Of a DNA stretch of 64,000 nt, positions 1 to 10,144 are shown piece by piece. Location of the stretch: assembly GCA_016179745.1 (NCBI GenBank), contig JACPCP010000014.1:751-64750 (forward strand). Direction: 5' to 3'. The stretch comes from Candidatus Omnitrophota bacterium. Lineage in GTDB: Bacteria; Omnitrophota; Omnitrophia; Omnitrophales; JACQLI01. Every line of letters starts with the position of its first letter. Positions within the stretch are counted from its first letter, which is position 1. Both the position numbers and the translations under genes were made by a program. The notes under the pieces were generated by a model. That model was not told the origin of the DNA. It made no database searches and saw only the letters and a program-made list of their open reading frames with translations.

Positions 1-3000
1 TCGCTCGTTTCTTCCTCAACTCCTCCCCCCTTTAACCTTTCCCCGTTCGCCTTCTTTGCCGTCCGCGCTTCGGAGCGGCGGATACCTTCACTTTGCCCGT
101 CTCCTTTGCCCTCAAATTTCCTTACGAGAAGGGCCTGAACCATTTCTTCCCCGGCCTTAAGCTTTTCCTGGATTGAGCCAAAGTGTTCTTTTAAAGAAGA
201 AAATTCCTCCGGAGAAAGTCTATCCCCCAAAGATTTTTCTAAGATTCCGATGCCGTTTAAGAGCCCGGTCCGCCCTTTTGATCCATCCCCGCTTCTGGCT
301 TGATCGTAAAAACCTATCCGTGCGGTCAATTGCGCGAGGATATCGCCAAGAAAGTGCTCGACTAAATCAGGGCTCACCTTATGCTTCGTAAAAAGTTTAA
401 TGAACAGATTCGTGTAACGAAGAAGGGCATCGTCATATTTTTGATCTTTATGAAACGACTCCAGTAAAATCTGTTCGATCCCTTCCCTCGTTCGAACCAT
501 CCGTTGAGGCCATGATGAACTGCTATCCCATGTGAAATGATTTTTATTGAAGGCAACCCAATCCTCTTGGACTTGATAGAACTCGTCATGAGCCTTACTG
601 ACCTTCGCCATCAATTCTTCAAATTGTGTTATTTTGAATACTCCGAATGAAACGATTGTAATAATGGATGCGATCGTAAAAACTCCGGTATTCCATAATG
701 TGGGGTTGCTCCAAAAAGCTATGAATCCAACAAGTGTCGCAATAGCACCGACCAGGATTGCAGCAAATGAACCTTGCTTGATCCACCAAACCACCCCCTT
801 CTCTCCCGAAATTCCCTCATCCCGTGCTTTGGTTCCGCCTTGCCGAAGCTCCGCACGAGACTGCATCACCTCTATTTCATAGGCCTCCAGCGCCCGATCG
901 TAATTCCGAGTGATTTCATCGAGCCGGGTCAAATCTTGATCGTTTTTAATGTCTAATACTCTCCGGCGGAATTCGGCATAGAGGTCTGAGAACTGCTCGG
1001 CCGCCTGGAGGGCGCTCAAATAGGACAGGGCTGATCTGTGTTCTTCATCGGAGGTGAGGACTTCTCCGGAGGGGATTTGGGCAATGAGGGCCCGTTCCTT
1101 CAGCAATACGATCTGGACGGCGTCGGCAATGGCGTCCTCGACAGGCACTTTGATCTTCTCCATCTGGATTCGTTCGTCAGGCGGCAGGCTCTCGAGAATA
1201 AGTTTCTTAAGCTCTCCCGAATCGATTGATTGAGCAACCTCCTTCAAGAGATTCCTTAACTCATACCCCTTTTCTTCGATAAACTGTTGAACGAAACGGC
1301 CGAGCTTCCGGTAAACGTGGGGCCTCACGAAATCATAAAGGCCGATATACCGGGCGATGGCATCAGCGGTCCAATTCCCCCGAGTGACGATGCGCCGAAT
1401 CCTTCGGTGATCATCGATAAAATTAAAGAAAATCGTTTCCGAAATGTTCATGGCGCTTTGGAGTCTGGTACTTGTTGTTTTCGGATCGGAGCCCGGATAG
1501 AGCGTCTGGCTTAAATCTCGATCAAGTCCGCCGGTGACAAACAGATTTGCCAGGCTAAAATAACTCGATATCCTGAGTTTTAACTGCGCCTGGCCCGGGG
1601 TGCTCGCGGCCAAATCCGGCTCCAGGATTAAAGGAGCGGGAAAGTGAAAATCCTCGATCCGTTCCATGGCAAGGTCATGGATCAGATCTTCCTGGCTCGT
1701 GAGGGGACCCTGGTCAGGATTTTTCAGGACGGTGCGCAAATAAAATTGACTATACTGCTCGGAAAACTCCGCCGCGCTCATCAAGTAGAGAAAATAGAGA
1801 GCGTAGGAATTCGCCCTTTCCTCAAACTCCTTTCCCGGAAGACGCCCCTCTACTTCCTGAAGCTCGAGATCAAGAATAAAATCGTTCACGTAGCCAAGCT
1901 CTTCGTAAACCGTCCGGAAGGACCCCTCAAACTGTTGTTTAAAATCTGGGGAAAGATTCTGCGTCATTCGAGTCGCCATCTCCCCGCTCCTGATTGCCTC
2001 CTTTAATTCTTTGTAAACTGTCTCCTCAGGCGCCCTCTCCCATTCCGGTTGCTCCCTCCATTCTCTAAAAATTTCATCAAAGTATTTGTGCAGCGTTCCA
2101 TAAACATGCGTTTTCGCCAAGGCATACAGTTCGCTGGGGAAGGGTTTGTGGAATCGCTCGGAAATCCCCTCATTCATCCGTTTGTGGCGCAGGAAGTGCC
2201 GAAGCTGCTGCTGGTGCCACAGAAAATCCCGGGCAATCTTGTTTGCGACCTTTAAAGGAATCGCATGGGCTTCCTCTTCTGAATAAGAAAATCGCTCGAC
2301 AAGAGACGGCAAAATGTCTTCCCTGATCTTTTTCTCCAGGTCCGCTTGTTCCTCTTCCAAGAAATGAATAATCCCGGCCGTCGCCTGATCGATCACCTGA
2401 GGTGACAATACAAGGGAGGGGACCGGCCCGCTGCGCTTCATCCTGATTTCCTGGGCTATTGTCTCTGCACTGCCTGCAAAATAAGCCAGGGCAGCGATAA
2501 ACGCCTGCCGGTTGAACCGAGAGCCGAACTCTTGATTGATTTCGGCGACGGAACGGTCTGCTTCCGGATTGCCTTTAACATATTCACCCAGGACCTCTTG
2601 AAGACGCTTTCGGCCTGCTTCATTAAGCCCGGATGCGTTGGGATCTTGCCCAAAGTTCTCGCTCACCTTTTTCAGGTTTCCTGCCGGTCCGGGGCGATGT
2701 TGAAGCTCCACAATGGCTCTGTTTTTACCGGGATCGCCATAGATCGCATCGAGATAACGGACCAGCTCTTCAAATGTGACGTCATTCCTCTCCTCCGTCC
2801 TCACCTCGGAGCGGCCGGGAAAGGAAGGAGTTTGTCCCGCTCTCTGGTGATTGACGTCTTTTTCCCTTTCTTTGCCCAGTAGTTTTTGAGGAAAGTCCTG
2901 AATTTCATAAAGGGCGTATCGACCGTCATTGAACGTCGGTGACAAACCTTCTTCCTCACCCACCACCCGATTCCCCCTCAATCGAAGGGTCTCAAAACCA

Positions 3001-5888
3001 GAGTGTCTCTGCGAGTTAGGGAGTCGGTAGTCGAACTCATCCGTTATAGGAAATTCAATGAGCCCCCTCTTACGTTGTATCCAGTAGATGCCGCGATCCG
3101 TATGCACGAGGTAATCTTCGGGTCCGCTTCGGACCATACCTGACACACGACCGATCTTCGGATGAAACTCCTTCAGCCAATCTGACATTTCAATACCCTG
3201 CCAAATGCCTAAAGCCCTGAGGCCATCCCCAAAAAGGCCTGTAAAAAGAAAATCAAGGAGATTGATTTTCCAAAAGAAAGAAACCAGCCTCGCGGCCTCC
3301 CCCGTCAGAGGTGGCATAAAGATCAGAGCCGCTAATGCAACCCCTAAGTTTGTGAGAGGCCCGGCAAGGGTAATTAGGAGTTCCTGCTGAGGAGATAAGA
3401 AAAGAGGATTCCCATGGACATACTCTGGTGAAACCGCGAACTGGAGTGGATGAAAGCGGACTCTCTCAAGGGCGGGTTTCCCTTTCCATCGACTGTATGA
3501 TTGAATCATTCTAGCGGCCACATAATGTCCCGTTTCATGAAACAGAACGGTGAGCCAGAAAAGCCCCCCCGAGGGAGGGCCGAGGACCCAAGAGACCGCA
3601 GCGATCAAAGATATGTGCAACCAGGCTCTTTGCCGACGCCCATCTTCAAAAGCCGGATGGAACACATTGAATAGCTTTGTCCGGAGGCGTCGACGGCCCT
3701 CAGGTACGATCTTTTGAGTGGGGGATTCCCCTGCACGCGCCTCGGAGCGGCGAGGACGGTTTGCCTGTCCCCCCAAAGGTGCGGCGGGCGCTGCCATCGT
3801 AAGTGATGTCATCTGGGATACATCGTTGAAGGCCAAATTGATGATGGGTATACTGTTGCTGATGATTGCGGGCGCCGGTTGGCTGGTGCTTCCTTCAGGG
3901 ACGTTGAAAGGAGGAGAAGATGAGGAACTTTTGGTCTGAGCTTCCGATGGCAGGTTATGCAATCCTCTCAATTCTGGGGTTGTTCCTTTTCCTCTACCTC
4001 TACGAGTCCATCCGGCAACGGTGGTTCGCCTCCCGGCATTAAGTTTCTGAGCGCTCTGGCGGATCGCAAGTGCGTAAACTTCCCGAATCTCCGGAAATTC
4101 CCTTTGCATCACGGCATCAGGAATGGCGCTGATCAAGGGCTGGCGGGCGGAAGAGTGCGGGGCGAATCGATTTTGGGCGGTCATTAAATTCAGATAAGCC
4201 CGGTCGTCCACGGCCTCTGAGATGTGCGGCATGATTTCAAGGTAAGCGAAGCCCTCCCCCTTCAATCTTTCAAAGAGCCCTCTCGAGTGAAAGCCTCCCG
4301 TGATGAGGACGGCTCTGGATTTCTTTGAGGCCTTCATTCGCAAGATCGCATTTCGAAAGAGAATGTCTTCACGCCGCAGGGCGAGGGAATAGAAGCGGAG
4401 GGCGTGGTTGAAGATTCGGTCAACCGACCATTTCCCCCTCACCCCCACCCTCTCCCCGGAGGGGAGAGGGAAGGGCGGCTTGGACAAGCGGCGGATGGCC
4501 GCTCGATCGAGCCGCCCCGAGCCAGTCGCTCGGGGTGAGGGGTTTCTCTTCAGAATTTTCCCATATTCCTCCGCTGTCAATTGGAGGGAGAATAATTTCC
4601 TGAGGAGGAGGTAATCCTTGTAGCGCCGGACGAGGACTTTCTCTTTTTCTTCCTTGGCCAAATGATCGAGAAGCTTTTCCGTGAGGCGCTCGATCTCCCC
4701 AAAAAGTTCCGGCGCCTTTAATTCACTTTGGAGGATCCGGGCCCCCATCTCAGCACTCCAATGGGGGTAATCCTTAAACCGAAATCCCAGGGGCCCGGCC
4801 TCGTCGTAGAATCTTTCAAAAAATCCACGCACCGACCCTTCGTCTCCCCCCAGCTTCACACGGGAAGCGCAGGTGCCGGACGGACGGCGCAGGCATTCGA
4901 GCCAGACACGCCCCATCCCCTTTTGGCGGACCCACGTGAGGAGCCGTTCCCTCTCTCCCCGGGATTTGACCGAATCGATTTCCTTCTCCATTTCTTTAAG
5001 TTTGAAGATCCGGACAAGCTGGGGCCAATCGAATTGCTCTGCGACATTGGACAAATCCAGTTTCAGTTCGTCCCTCGCCGTTTTTTGAAGGACGCCCAAG
5101 TGACGCATCAAGTCCGAGGAAGTCTCATTTTGAAAGACCCATTCCCGGAAAAACCGTTTGAGGCGGGGATTGAAAATTCGGGAGCCTTCGGTCAAAAGAT
5201 TTGATTTTAATTCGGCAAGGAACCGGTCGGTGCGGGTCTTTTCTTGGTAAACCTTCTGAAAAGCCTTTAAGTTGCGGGAATAAAGTTCGAGATTCTCGAG
5301 ACCAAACCCTTCAAGAGATTTTGTTTTCTTTTTAAGCCCGTCTTCCAGGAAAAATAATTCGGCGCCGCTCACGACGGCCTCCCGGGCCAGGCGGTCCGCC
5401 ATTTTAAAATTGAGCCCGGGGTCTTCAAAAAATTTCAAACGGCCCGGACTGACCCGGTCGATGCCTCCCTCGAGCAGAATCAGATCAAATCCGTAATCTT
5501 TCACAAGGCGGCTCAAAATCTTCCGGGTATTGACCTGCGCCTCGTAACTGGAGTGGGCATCCTGAAGGTGAACAATGAGTGGAGGGTCTTGGTAAGATTC
5601 GCTGCCGGAATTGGGGATGAATCTCTTTTCGATGGAACCCAGGTTTTCCGGAATCTCGATTTGGGAAGCGAGACGGGAGACGGGAACCTCCGGCTTTCCC
5701 GGTTTTGAAAAGGCGCTTCGAAGCGGCACAAGCTCCGGAGCCGGTTGGTCAAGCGGCGATCGGCCGCTCGGTTGTCCGGCACCGCGCGGTTGGCGCGGCG
5801 CGGACCAGGCCAGCGTGGTCCACGTAAAACAAAGGGCCACGGCCAAGGCCACAGCCCTTAAGGGTCTCGAATGGCTCGATGGAATCAT
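1..5888 (-). CDS. Giant secreted/membrane multidomain protein, >1,962 aa, C-terminus beyond the left window edge; contains an M50-like HExxH metalloprotease core; function unknown
   Basis: Own reverse-strand translation: ATG at 5888-5886, then 1,962 sense codons down to position 3 with no stop. Spot-checked on the plus strand in several stretches: no TTA/CTA/TCA at coordinates divisible by 3. Missing from the supplied ORF track, presumably because its stop lies outside the window. The other five frames hold only short ORFs. N-terminus MIPSSHSRPLRAVALAVALCFTWTTLAWSAP looks like a signal peptide; HETGH at 3525-3539; two hydrophobic helices at ~636-775. Confidence 0.85.
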   Translation of the reverse strand, partial: MIPSSHSRPLRAVALAVALCFTWTTLAWSAPRQPRGAGQPSGRSPLDQPAPELVPLRSAFSKPGKPEVPVSRLASQIEIPENLGSIEKRFIPNSGSESYQDPPLIVHLQDAHSSYEAQVNTRKILSRLVKDYGFDLILLEGGIDRVSPGRLKFFEDPGLNFKMADRLAREAVVSGAELFFLEDGLKKKTKSLEGFGLENLELYSRNLKAFQKVYQEKTRTDRFLAELKSNLLTEGSRIFNPRLKRFFREWVFQNETSSDLMRHLGVLQKTARDELKLDLSNVAEQFDWPQLVRIFKLKEMEKEIDSVKSRGERERLLTWVRQKGMGRVWLECLRRPSGTCASRVKLGGDEGSVRGFFERFYDEAGPLGFRFKDYPHWSAEMGARILQSELKAPELFGEIERLTEKLLDHLAKEEKEKVLVRRYKDYLLLRKLFSLQLTAEEYGKILKRNPSPRATGSGRLDRAAIRRLSKPPFPLPSGERVGVRGKWSVDRIFNHALRFYSLALRREDILFRNAILRMKASKKSRAVLITGGFHSRGLFERLKGEGFAYLEIMPHISEAVDDRAYLNLMTAQNRFAPHSSARQPLISAIPDAVMQREFPEIREVYALAIRQSAQKLNAGRRTTVAGWTRRGRGKGTTPELRGLHNLPSEAQTKSSSSSPPFNVPEGSTSQPAPAIISNSIPIINLAFNDVSQMTSLTMAAPAAPLGGQANRPRRSEARAGESPTQKIVPEGRRRLRTKLFNVFHPAFEDGRRQRAWLHISLIAAVSWVLGPPSGGLFWLTVLFHETGHYVAARMIQSYSRWKGKPALERVRFHPLQFAVSPEYVHGNPLFLSPQQELLITLAGPLTNLGVALAALIFMPPLTGEAARLVSFFWKINLLDFLFTGLFGDGLRALGIWQGIEMSDWLKEFHPKIGRVSGMVRSGPEDYLVHTDRGIYWIQRKRGLIEFPITDEFDYRLPNSQRHSGFETLRLRGNRVVGEEEGLSPTFNDGRYALYEIQDFPQKLLGKEREKDVNHQRAGQTPSFPGRSEVRTEERNDVTFEELVRYLDAIYGDPGKNRAIVELQHRPGPAGNLKKVSENFGQDPNASGLNEAGRKRLQEVLGEYVKGNPEADRSVAEINQEFGSRFNRQAFIAALAYFAGSAETIAQEIRMKRSGPVPSLVLSPQVIDQATAGIIHFLEEEQADLEKKIREDILPSLVERFSYSEEEAHAIPLKVANKIARDFLWHQQQLRHFLRHKRMNEGISERFHKPFPSELYALAKTHVYGTLHKYFDEIFREWREQPEWERAPEETVYKELKEAIRSGEMATRMTQNLSPDFKQQFEGSFRTVYEELGYVNDFILDLELQEVEGRLPGKEFEERANSYALYFLYLMSAAEFSEQYSQFYLRTVLKNPDQGPLTSQEDLIHDLAMERIEDFHFPAPLILEPDLAASTPGQAQLKLRISSYFSLANLFVTGGLDRDLSQTLYPGSDPKTTSTRLQSAMNISETIFFNFIDDHRRIRRIVTRGNWTADAIARYIGLYDFVRPHVYRKLGRFVQQFIEEKGYELRNLLKEVAQSIDSGELKKLILESLPPDERIQMEKIKVPVEDAIADAVQIVLLKERALIAQIPSGEVLTSDEEHRSALSYLSALQAAEQFSDLYAEFRRRVLDIKNDQDLTRLDEITRNYDRALEAYEIEVMQSRAELRQGGTKARDEGISGEKGVVWWIKQGSFAAILVGAIATLVGFIAFWSNPTLWNTGVFTIASIITIVSFGVFKITQFEELMAKVSKAHDEFYQVQEDWVAFNKNHFTWDSSSSWPQRMVRTREGIEQILLESFHKDQKYDDALLRYTNLFIKLFTKHKVSPDLVEHFLGDILAQLTARIGFYDQARSGDGSKGRTGLLNGIGILEKSLGDRLSPEEFSSLKEHFGSIQEKLKAGEEMVQALLVRKFEGKGDGQSEGIRRSEARTAKKANGERLKGGGVEEETS
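4434..4470. repeat. GC-rich palindromic repeat core embedded in frame in the giant ORF
   Basis: ccccctcacccccaCCCTCTCCCCggaGGGGAGAGGG with a perfect 10-bp stem (4448-4457 / 4461-4470). Same core as the copies at 31254-31295 and 31318-31357. Translated as ...PLPSGERVGVRG... Confidence 0.7.
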
Positions 5889-5952
5889 ATAGGAATTGCG
5901 AAAAGGCTGACGGAGTTTCTTAAGCTTTTTATTAAGTTCGAAACGTGAGTAA

Positions 5953-5981
5953 AAGATACCTGACAACGAGGCACGGGTCAA
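5953..5981 (-). promoter_or_regulatory. Candidate sigma70-type promoter of the giant gene
   Basis: Minus strand reads TTGACC (5981-5976), 17 nt, TATCTT (5958-5953), about 65 nt upstream of the ATG at 5888. Confidence 0.35.
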
Positions 5982-6063
5982 GGCAGGAGAAGAAGTTTTA
6001 TGGACGGCCGGATTTTAGGGTTAACCTGTTACAAGTAAACAAGTTAGAAATAAGCCAGGCGCA

Positions 6064-8031
6064 CTAGCCTTCTTTTTCTTCGTATTGGTCTTTCAGGCGG
6101 GCCACGACCTGAGGGTCAGCCAGGGTCGTGGTGTCTCCCAGGGTTTTCCCTTCGGCGATGTCCCGAAGGAGCCGGCGCATGATCTTGCCGGAGCGGGTTT
6201 TGGGAAGATCGGCTGAAAAAATGATGTCGTCCGGTCTTGCGATCACACCGATTTTTTTCGCCACGTGATCTTTTAATTTCTGCGCCAATTCAGGCGTGGG
6301 CGCCGTTCCTTCCTTGACCGTCACAAAGGCGGCAAGCGCCTGTCCCTTAATCTCGTGACTTTTTCCGACCACGGCGGCCTCGGCCACGGCCGGGTGGTCC
6401 ACGAGGGCGCTCTCCACCTCCATCGTTCCGATGCGGTGGCCGGCCACGTTCAGGACATCGTCGACCCGGCCAAGGAACCAGAAATAACCCTCGTCGTCCC
6501 GCTTCGCGCCGTCTCCAGTAAAATAAGCCTTCCCTTTCCACTTCAACCAATACTCTTCTTCGTAACGCTTCGAATCATTGAAAATCGTCCGAAGCATGGC
6601 TGGCCACGGCTTCGTCAGAGCAGCGTAGCCTCCTCCGACTGAAACCGTCTCACCCGCTTCGTTTAAAACTTCAGCGCTCACCCCCGGAAAAGGTTTTGTG
6701 GCCGAGCCCGGCTTCAAGGTCGTAACCCCGGGAAGCGGCGTGATCATGATCATCCCGGTCTCGGTCTGCCACCACGTGTCCACCACCGGGCACCGTCCTC
6801 CGCCGATTTTTTCGTGATACCACATCCAGGCCTCGGGATTGATGGGTTCGCCCACAGTTCCAAGAAGTCTCAGAGAAGAAAGGTCGGAGCGCTTCGGAAA
6901 TTCATCCCCCCATTTCATGAAGGCCCGAATGGCGGTCGGCGCCGTGTAGAAAATTGTGACCTTGTATTTTTCGATGAGTTTCCAAAACCGATTTTTCTCC
7001 GGCCAGTCCGGGGCGCCTTCATACATCACGACCGTGGCCCCGTTGGCCAAGGGCCCATAGACAACGTAACTGTGCCCCGTGACCCAGCCGATGTCGGCCG
7101 TGCACCAATAGATATCGTTTTCCTTCAAATCGAAGACCCATTTCGTCGTCGCATAAACCCCGGTGAGATAGCCGCCGGTGGTGTGGACAATGCCCTTCGG
7201 TTTCCCCGTCGTGCCCGAGGTGTAAAGGATGAAGAGCAGATCCTCGCTCTCCATCGGCTCGGGCTCGCATTGGTCACTGACTTCCTTCATCAGCTCATGC
7301 CACCAAAGGTCCCGGCCGGGTTTGAATTCGATCGGGTGATCGCCCCGTTTGACGACCACCACTTTTTCAATCGAGGGTGCCGCCTTCAAGGCTTCGTCGG
7401 CGGCCTCCTTCAAGGCCACGGGTTTCCCCCGCCGCCAGCCTCTGTTTGCCGTGATCAGGATTTTGGCCTGGGCATCGTTGATCCGGTCCCGGAGCGATTC
7501 GGCGCTGAAGCCGCCGAAGATGACGGAGTGGACGGCGCCGATCCGGGCCGAGGCAAGAAGCGCTATCGCAAGCTCGGGAATCATTGGAAGGTAAAGCGTG
7601 ACCCGGTCCCCTTTTCGGACCCCGAGTTTTTTCAGGACATTGGCGAAGCGGTTGACTTCCCGGGAAAGCTCCTCATAGGTCAGGCTCCGGGTGTCGCCCG
7701 GCTCCCCTTCCCAGAGAATGGCGGTTTTATTTTTGCGGGGGCCTTTTAAATGGCGGTCAACGCAATTGACGCTGGCGTTCAGTTTCCCGCCGAGAAACCA
7801 TTGGGCATAAGGAGCTTTCCACTCGAGGACCTTCGTCCACGGCTTAAACCAGTCAAGCTCCCCCGCCCAATGGGCCCAATAGCCCTCGGGGTCCTTGTCG
7901 GCCCTCTCATAAATCGATTCATCCTTGACCCAGGCTTGAGATTGAAAAGAAGCGGGCGGAGGGAACTTGCGATTTTCCTCGAGGAAGACGTGGATCGCCT
8001 CTCGGGCGGCGGGCTTAATCCCGGTCGTCAT
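6064..8031 (-). CDS. acs: Acetyl-CoA synthetase (AMP-forming)
   Basis: 655 aa; AMP-binding signature [11 protein letters not shown]; N-terminus and length typical of Acs. Confidence 0.93.
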   Translation of the reverse strand: MTTGIKPAAREAIHVFLEENRKFPPPASFQSQAWVKDESIYERADKDPEGYWAHWAGELDWFKPWTKVLEWKAPYAQWFLGGKLNASVNCVDRHLKGPRKNKTAILWEGEPGDTRSLTYEELSREVNRFANVLKKLGVRKGDRVTLYLPMIPELAIALLASARIGAVHSVIFGGFSAESLRDRINDAQAKILITANRGWRRGKPVALKEAADEALKAAPSIEKVVVVKRGDHPIEFKPGRDLWWHELMKEVSDQCEPEPMESEDLLFILYTSGTTGKPKGIVHTTGGYLTGVYATTKWVFDLKENDIYWCTADIGWVTGHSYVVYGPLANGATVVMYEGAPDWPEKNRFWKLIEKYKVTIFYTAPTAIRAFMKWGDEFPKRSDLSSLRLLGTVGEPINPEAWMWYHEKIGGGRCPVVDTWWQTETGMIMITPLPGVTTLKPGSATKPFPGVSAEVLNEAGETVSVGGGYAALTKPWPAMLRTIFNDSKRYEEEYWLKWKGKAYFTGDGAKRDDEGYFWFLGRVDDVLNVAGHRIGTMEVESALVDHPAVAEAAVVGKSHEIKGQALAAFVTVKEGTAPTPELAQKLKDHVAKKIGVIARPDDIIFSADLPKTRSGKIMRRLLRDIAEGKTLGDTTTLADPQVVARLKDQYEEKEG

Positions 8032-8350
8032 ATCTCCAGGACGAATAGAGGTAATACTTTTTGATTTCTTCGGGGTAATCTTTGATTTGAAAGAAAAAGG
8101 ACCCGATGGCCCCCTGCTCGAGGAGGGGCGGCTCCGGGGTAGTGCTCACACTCAAAAGCGGCGTTTCCTTTTCGTTAAAGATCACGAGATTGACGGAGAT
8201 GTCCCGGATCGCCTGGCCGATATTGTTGATCACAATCCCCCGCAGCTCGGCCCCCGCCTGGGGGTCAAAGCGGGAGCTTCCGCCCTTGACAATCACCTTG
8301 CGGGGAAGTTTCTGGAAGGATTCGATCTCCGGGAATTCGCTGAGGGGCAT
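8015..8350 (-). CDS. Hypothetical protein
   Basis: 111-aa ORF filling the gap between the regulator gene and acs on the same strand; 17-nt overlap with the acs start; no motif recognised. Confidence 0.55.
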   Translation of the reverse strand: MPLSEFPEIESFQKLPRKVIVKGGSSRFDPQAGAELRGIVINNIGQAIRDISVNLVIFNEKETPLLSVSTTPEPPLLEQGAIGSFFFQIKDYPEEIKKYYLYSSWRYDDRD

Positions 8351-8379
8351 TCGTTCGCTCTGAGTTCTAATTTTTTCGG

Positions 8380-10092
8380 TTACTTCTGGGAAACCGTTTC
8401 AAGCGCCTGACGCAACCCGTCTTTATTGTAAGCATCGGCCCCGAGCTCCTTCCGCATCAAGAGCACCTGGATACAGGCCTGGACCACTTCCGGATCAAAC
8501 TGGGTGCCGGAGCAGGCAATGAGTTCGTTCACGGTCTCGGGGACCGACATCGTCTTCTTGTAACGCCCGCCGGCAACCCGCATTGTATCATAAGAATCCA
8601 CGACCGCAATGATCCGGGCCCCGACCGGAATTTCATTCTTCCGGAGGCGGCAGGGGTAGCCTTCCCCGTTGAACCATTCGTGATGATGGAGCACCAGCGT
8701 CGCCTCCTCGTGGAGAAACCGGATCGGTTTTAAAATCCGGTAACCGAGATACGGGTGCTGTTTGATGGCCTCATACTCGGCCAGCGTGAGGCGCCCCGGC
8801 TTCAGGAGGATCTCATCGGAGACGCAAATTTTTCCGATGTCGTGGAGGAGGCCCGCATGTTCGATGATCTCCGCCTCGTCCAGGGGCAGGCCCATGGCCT
8901 CGGCGATCTGCATGGAAAGCCGTGCCACCCGGGAGGAATGCCCGGCCGTGAAAGGGTCCTTGGACTCGAGCGCCATGACCAGGGCCTTCGAGGACTCGAT
9001 ATATCCCCGGCGGGCCGAGTCCGCAATTTCAGAAAGCCGTTTTTGAAATTCGATCACCTTCTCTTCGCTGATCTTGATCCGGGGCAGCACCTCCCCGAGG
9101 GAGGGCAGGAGGTCCCGGTAGCACGAAACCCGGTTCCGGCCCGAGGCCTTGGCCCGAAAAAGGGCCCGTTCCGCAAAATTAACGAGATCGCTCCGGTCCT
9201 TCAAGGTGTCATCCGGGAACGAGGCAATGCCGGCGCTCGCCGTGACCGTCAACTGGTGGGAATCCGGGAGAAAGGTTTTCTCGGCAAAGAGCTCCAGGAG
9301 CCGCTCGCCCAATTCAAAGGCCCCCTGATAATCCACGTGAGGCAGGAGGATCACGAATTCCTCCCCGCCGAAACGGGCGATCAAATCGCTCAAACGGCAG
9401 TTCTCAAGGAGGAGTCCGGCCGCCTCCTTCAGGACCTCGTCGCCCACGGTGTGGCTCAGCGTGTCGTTGACCCGCCGAAAGTGATCGAGGTCCAGGATGA
9501 GACAGGAAATGGGATAGCCGTAACGGACGGCCCGGGTAAATTCCTCCGTGAGCCTTTCCTGCAAATAGCGGTGATTGTAAAGGCCGGTCAGTTCGTCCCG
9601 GATCGAAAGCTCCCGGAGTTTCTCATTCACGGCCAGGAGTTTTTCATTCTGATTCAGGATCTCGCCCGTCAATTCCCCCGGCCGGCCGCTCAATTCAAAA
9701 TTCCGGTAAATGGTCCAGAGGCGCTTCGGAAGGTCCTTCGGCTCGCCGTCCCCCCGGACCAGGTAATCGGCCGCCCCCGATTTGAGCGCCCGGTGGGCCC
9801 GGGCCTCTTCGCCCCGTTCCACCATCAGGATGAAAGGAACTTTGGCCTTGGTGCGGTTGAGCTCCGTCAGGACATCGGCGATGTCTTCCCCTTCGGGAAA
9901 ATGGCTGTCGCCCAAAATCACGTGGTAGGAATTTTCGTGGATCTTTTTGAGGGCGTCCCGGACCGTCCCGGCAAGGTCGAGCGAGGTCTTGTATTCGAGG
10001 TCTTCGGAAAATTGTTTCTGGAAAAGGGCCCGGCGGGACTCATCGGAATCGATCAGCAGAATGGAAAGGATTTTCTCTTTTTCCGCCGCCAC
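8380..10092 (-). CDS. Response-regulator receiver / GGDEF / HD-GYP protein (c-di-GMP turnover)
   Basis: 570 aa; REC-like N-terminus (ILLIDSDESRR...), GGEEF motif, HD-GYP signature HHEWFNGEGYP. Confidence 0.88.
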   Translation of the reverse strand: MAAEKEKILSILLIDSDESRRALFQKQFSEDLEYKTSLDLAGTVRDALKKIHENSYHVILGDSHFPEGEDIADVLTELNRTKAKVPFILMVERGEEARAHRALKSGAADYLVRGDGEPKDLPKRLWTIYRNFELSGRPGELTGEILNQNEKLLAVNEKLRELSIRDELTGLYNHRYLQERLTEEFTRAVRYGYPISCLILDLDHFRRVNDTLSHTVGDEVLKEAAGLLLENCRLSDLIARFGGEEFVILLPHVDYQGAFELGERLLELFAEKTFLPDSHQLTVTASAGIASFPDDTLKDRSDLVNFAERALFRAKASGRNRVSCYRDLLPSLGEVLPRIKISEEKVIEFQKRLSEIADSARRGYIESSKALVMALESKDPFTAGHSSRVARLSMQIAEAMGLPLDEAEIIEHAGLLHDIGKICVSDEILLKPGRLTLAEYEAIKQHPYLGYRILKPIRFLHEEATLVLHHHEWFNGEGYPCRLRKNEIPVGARIIAVVDSYDTMRVAGGRYKKTMSVPETVNELIACSGTQFDPEVVQACIQVLLMRKELGADAYNKDGLRQALETVSQK

Positions 10093-10144
10093 CGTTGAAC
10101 CTCTGTTCTGTTAACTAATCAAAGATACCTGAAGGACCGTCCAC

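Noticed and set aside
8755-10098. Long antisense ORFs in the track: 8755-10098 +, 13667-14914 +, 16128-17315 +, 39676-40791 +, 53134-54201 -, 54752-55906 -, 21723-22316 -, 34747-35631 - and others
   Set aside because: Each lies exactly opposite a gene with clear family motifs. Their translations are Arg/Gly/Pro-rich low-complexity sequence, as expected for shadow ORFs in GC-rich DNA. None has a motif or an RBS.
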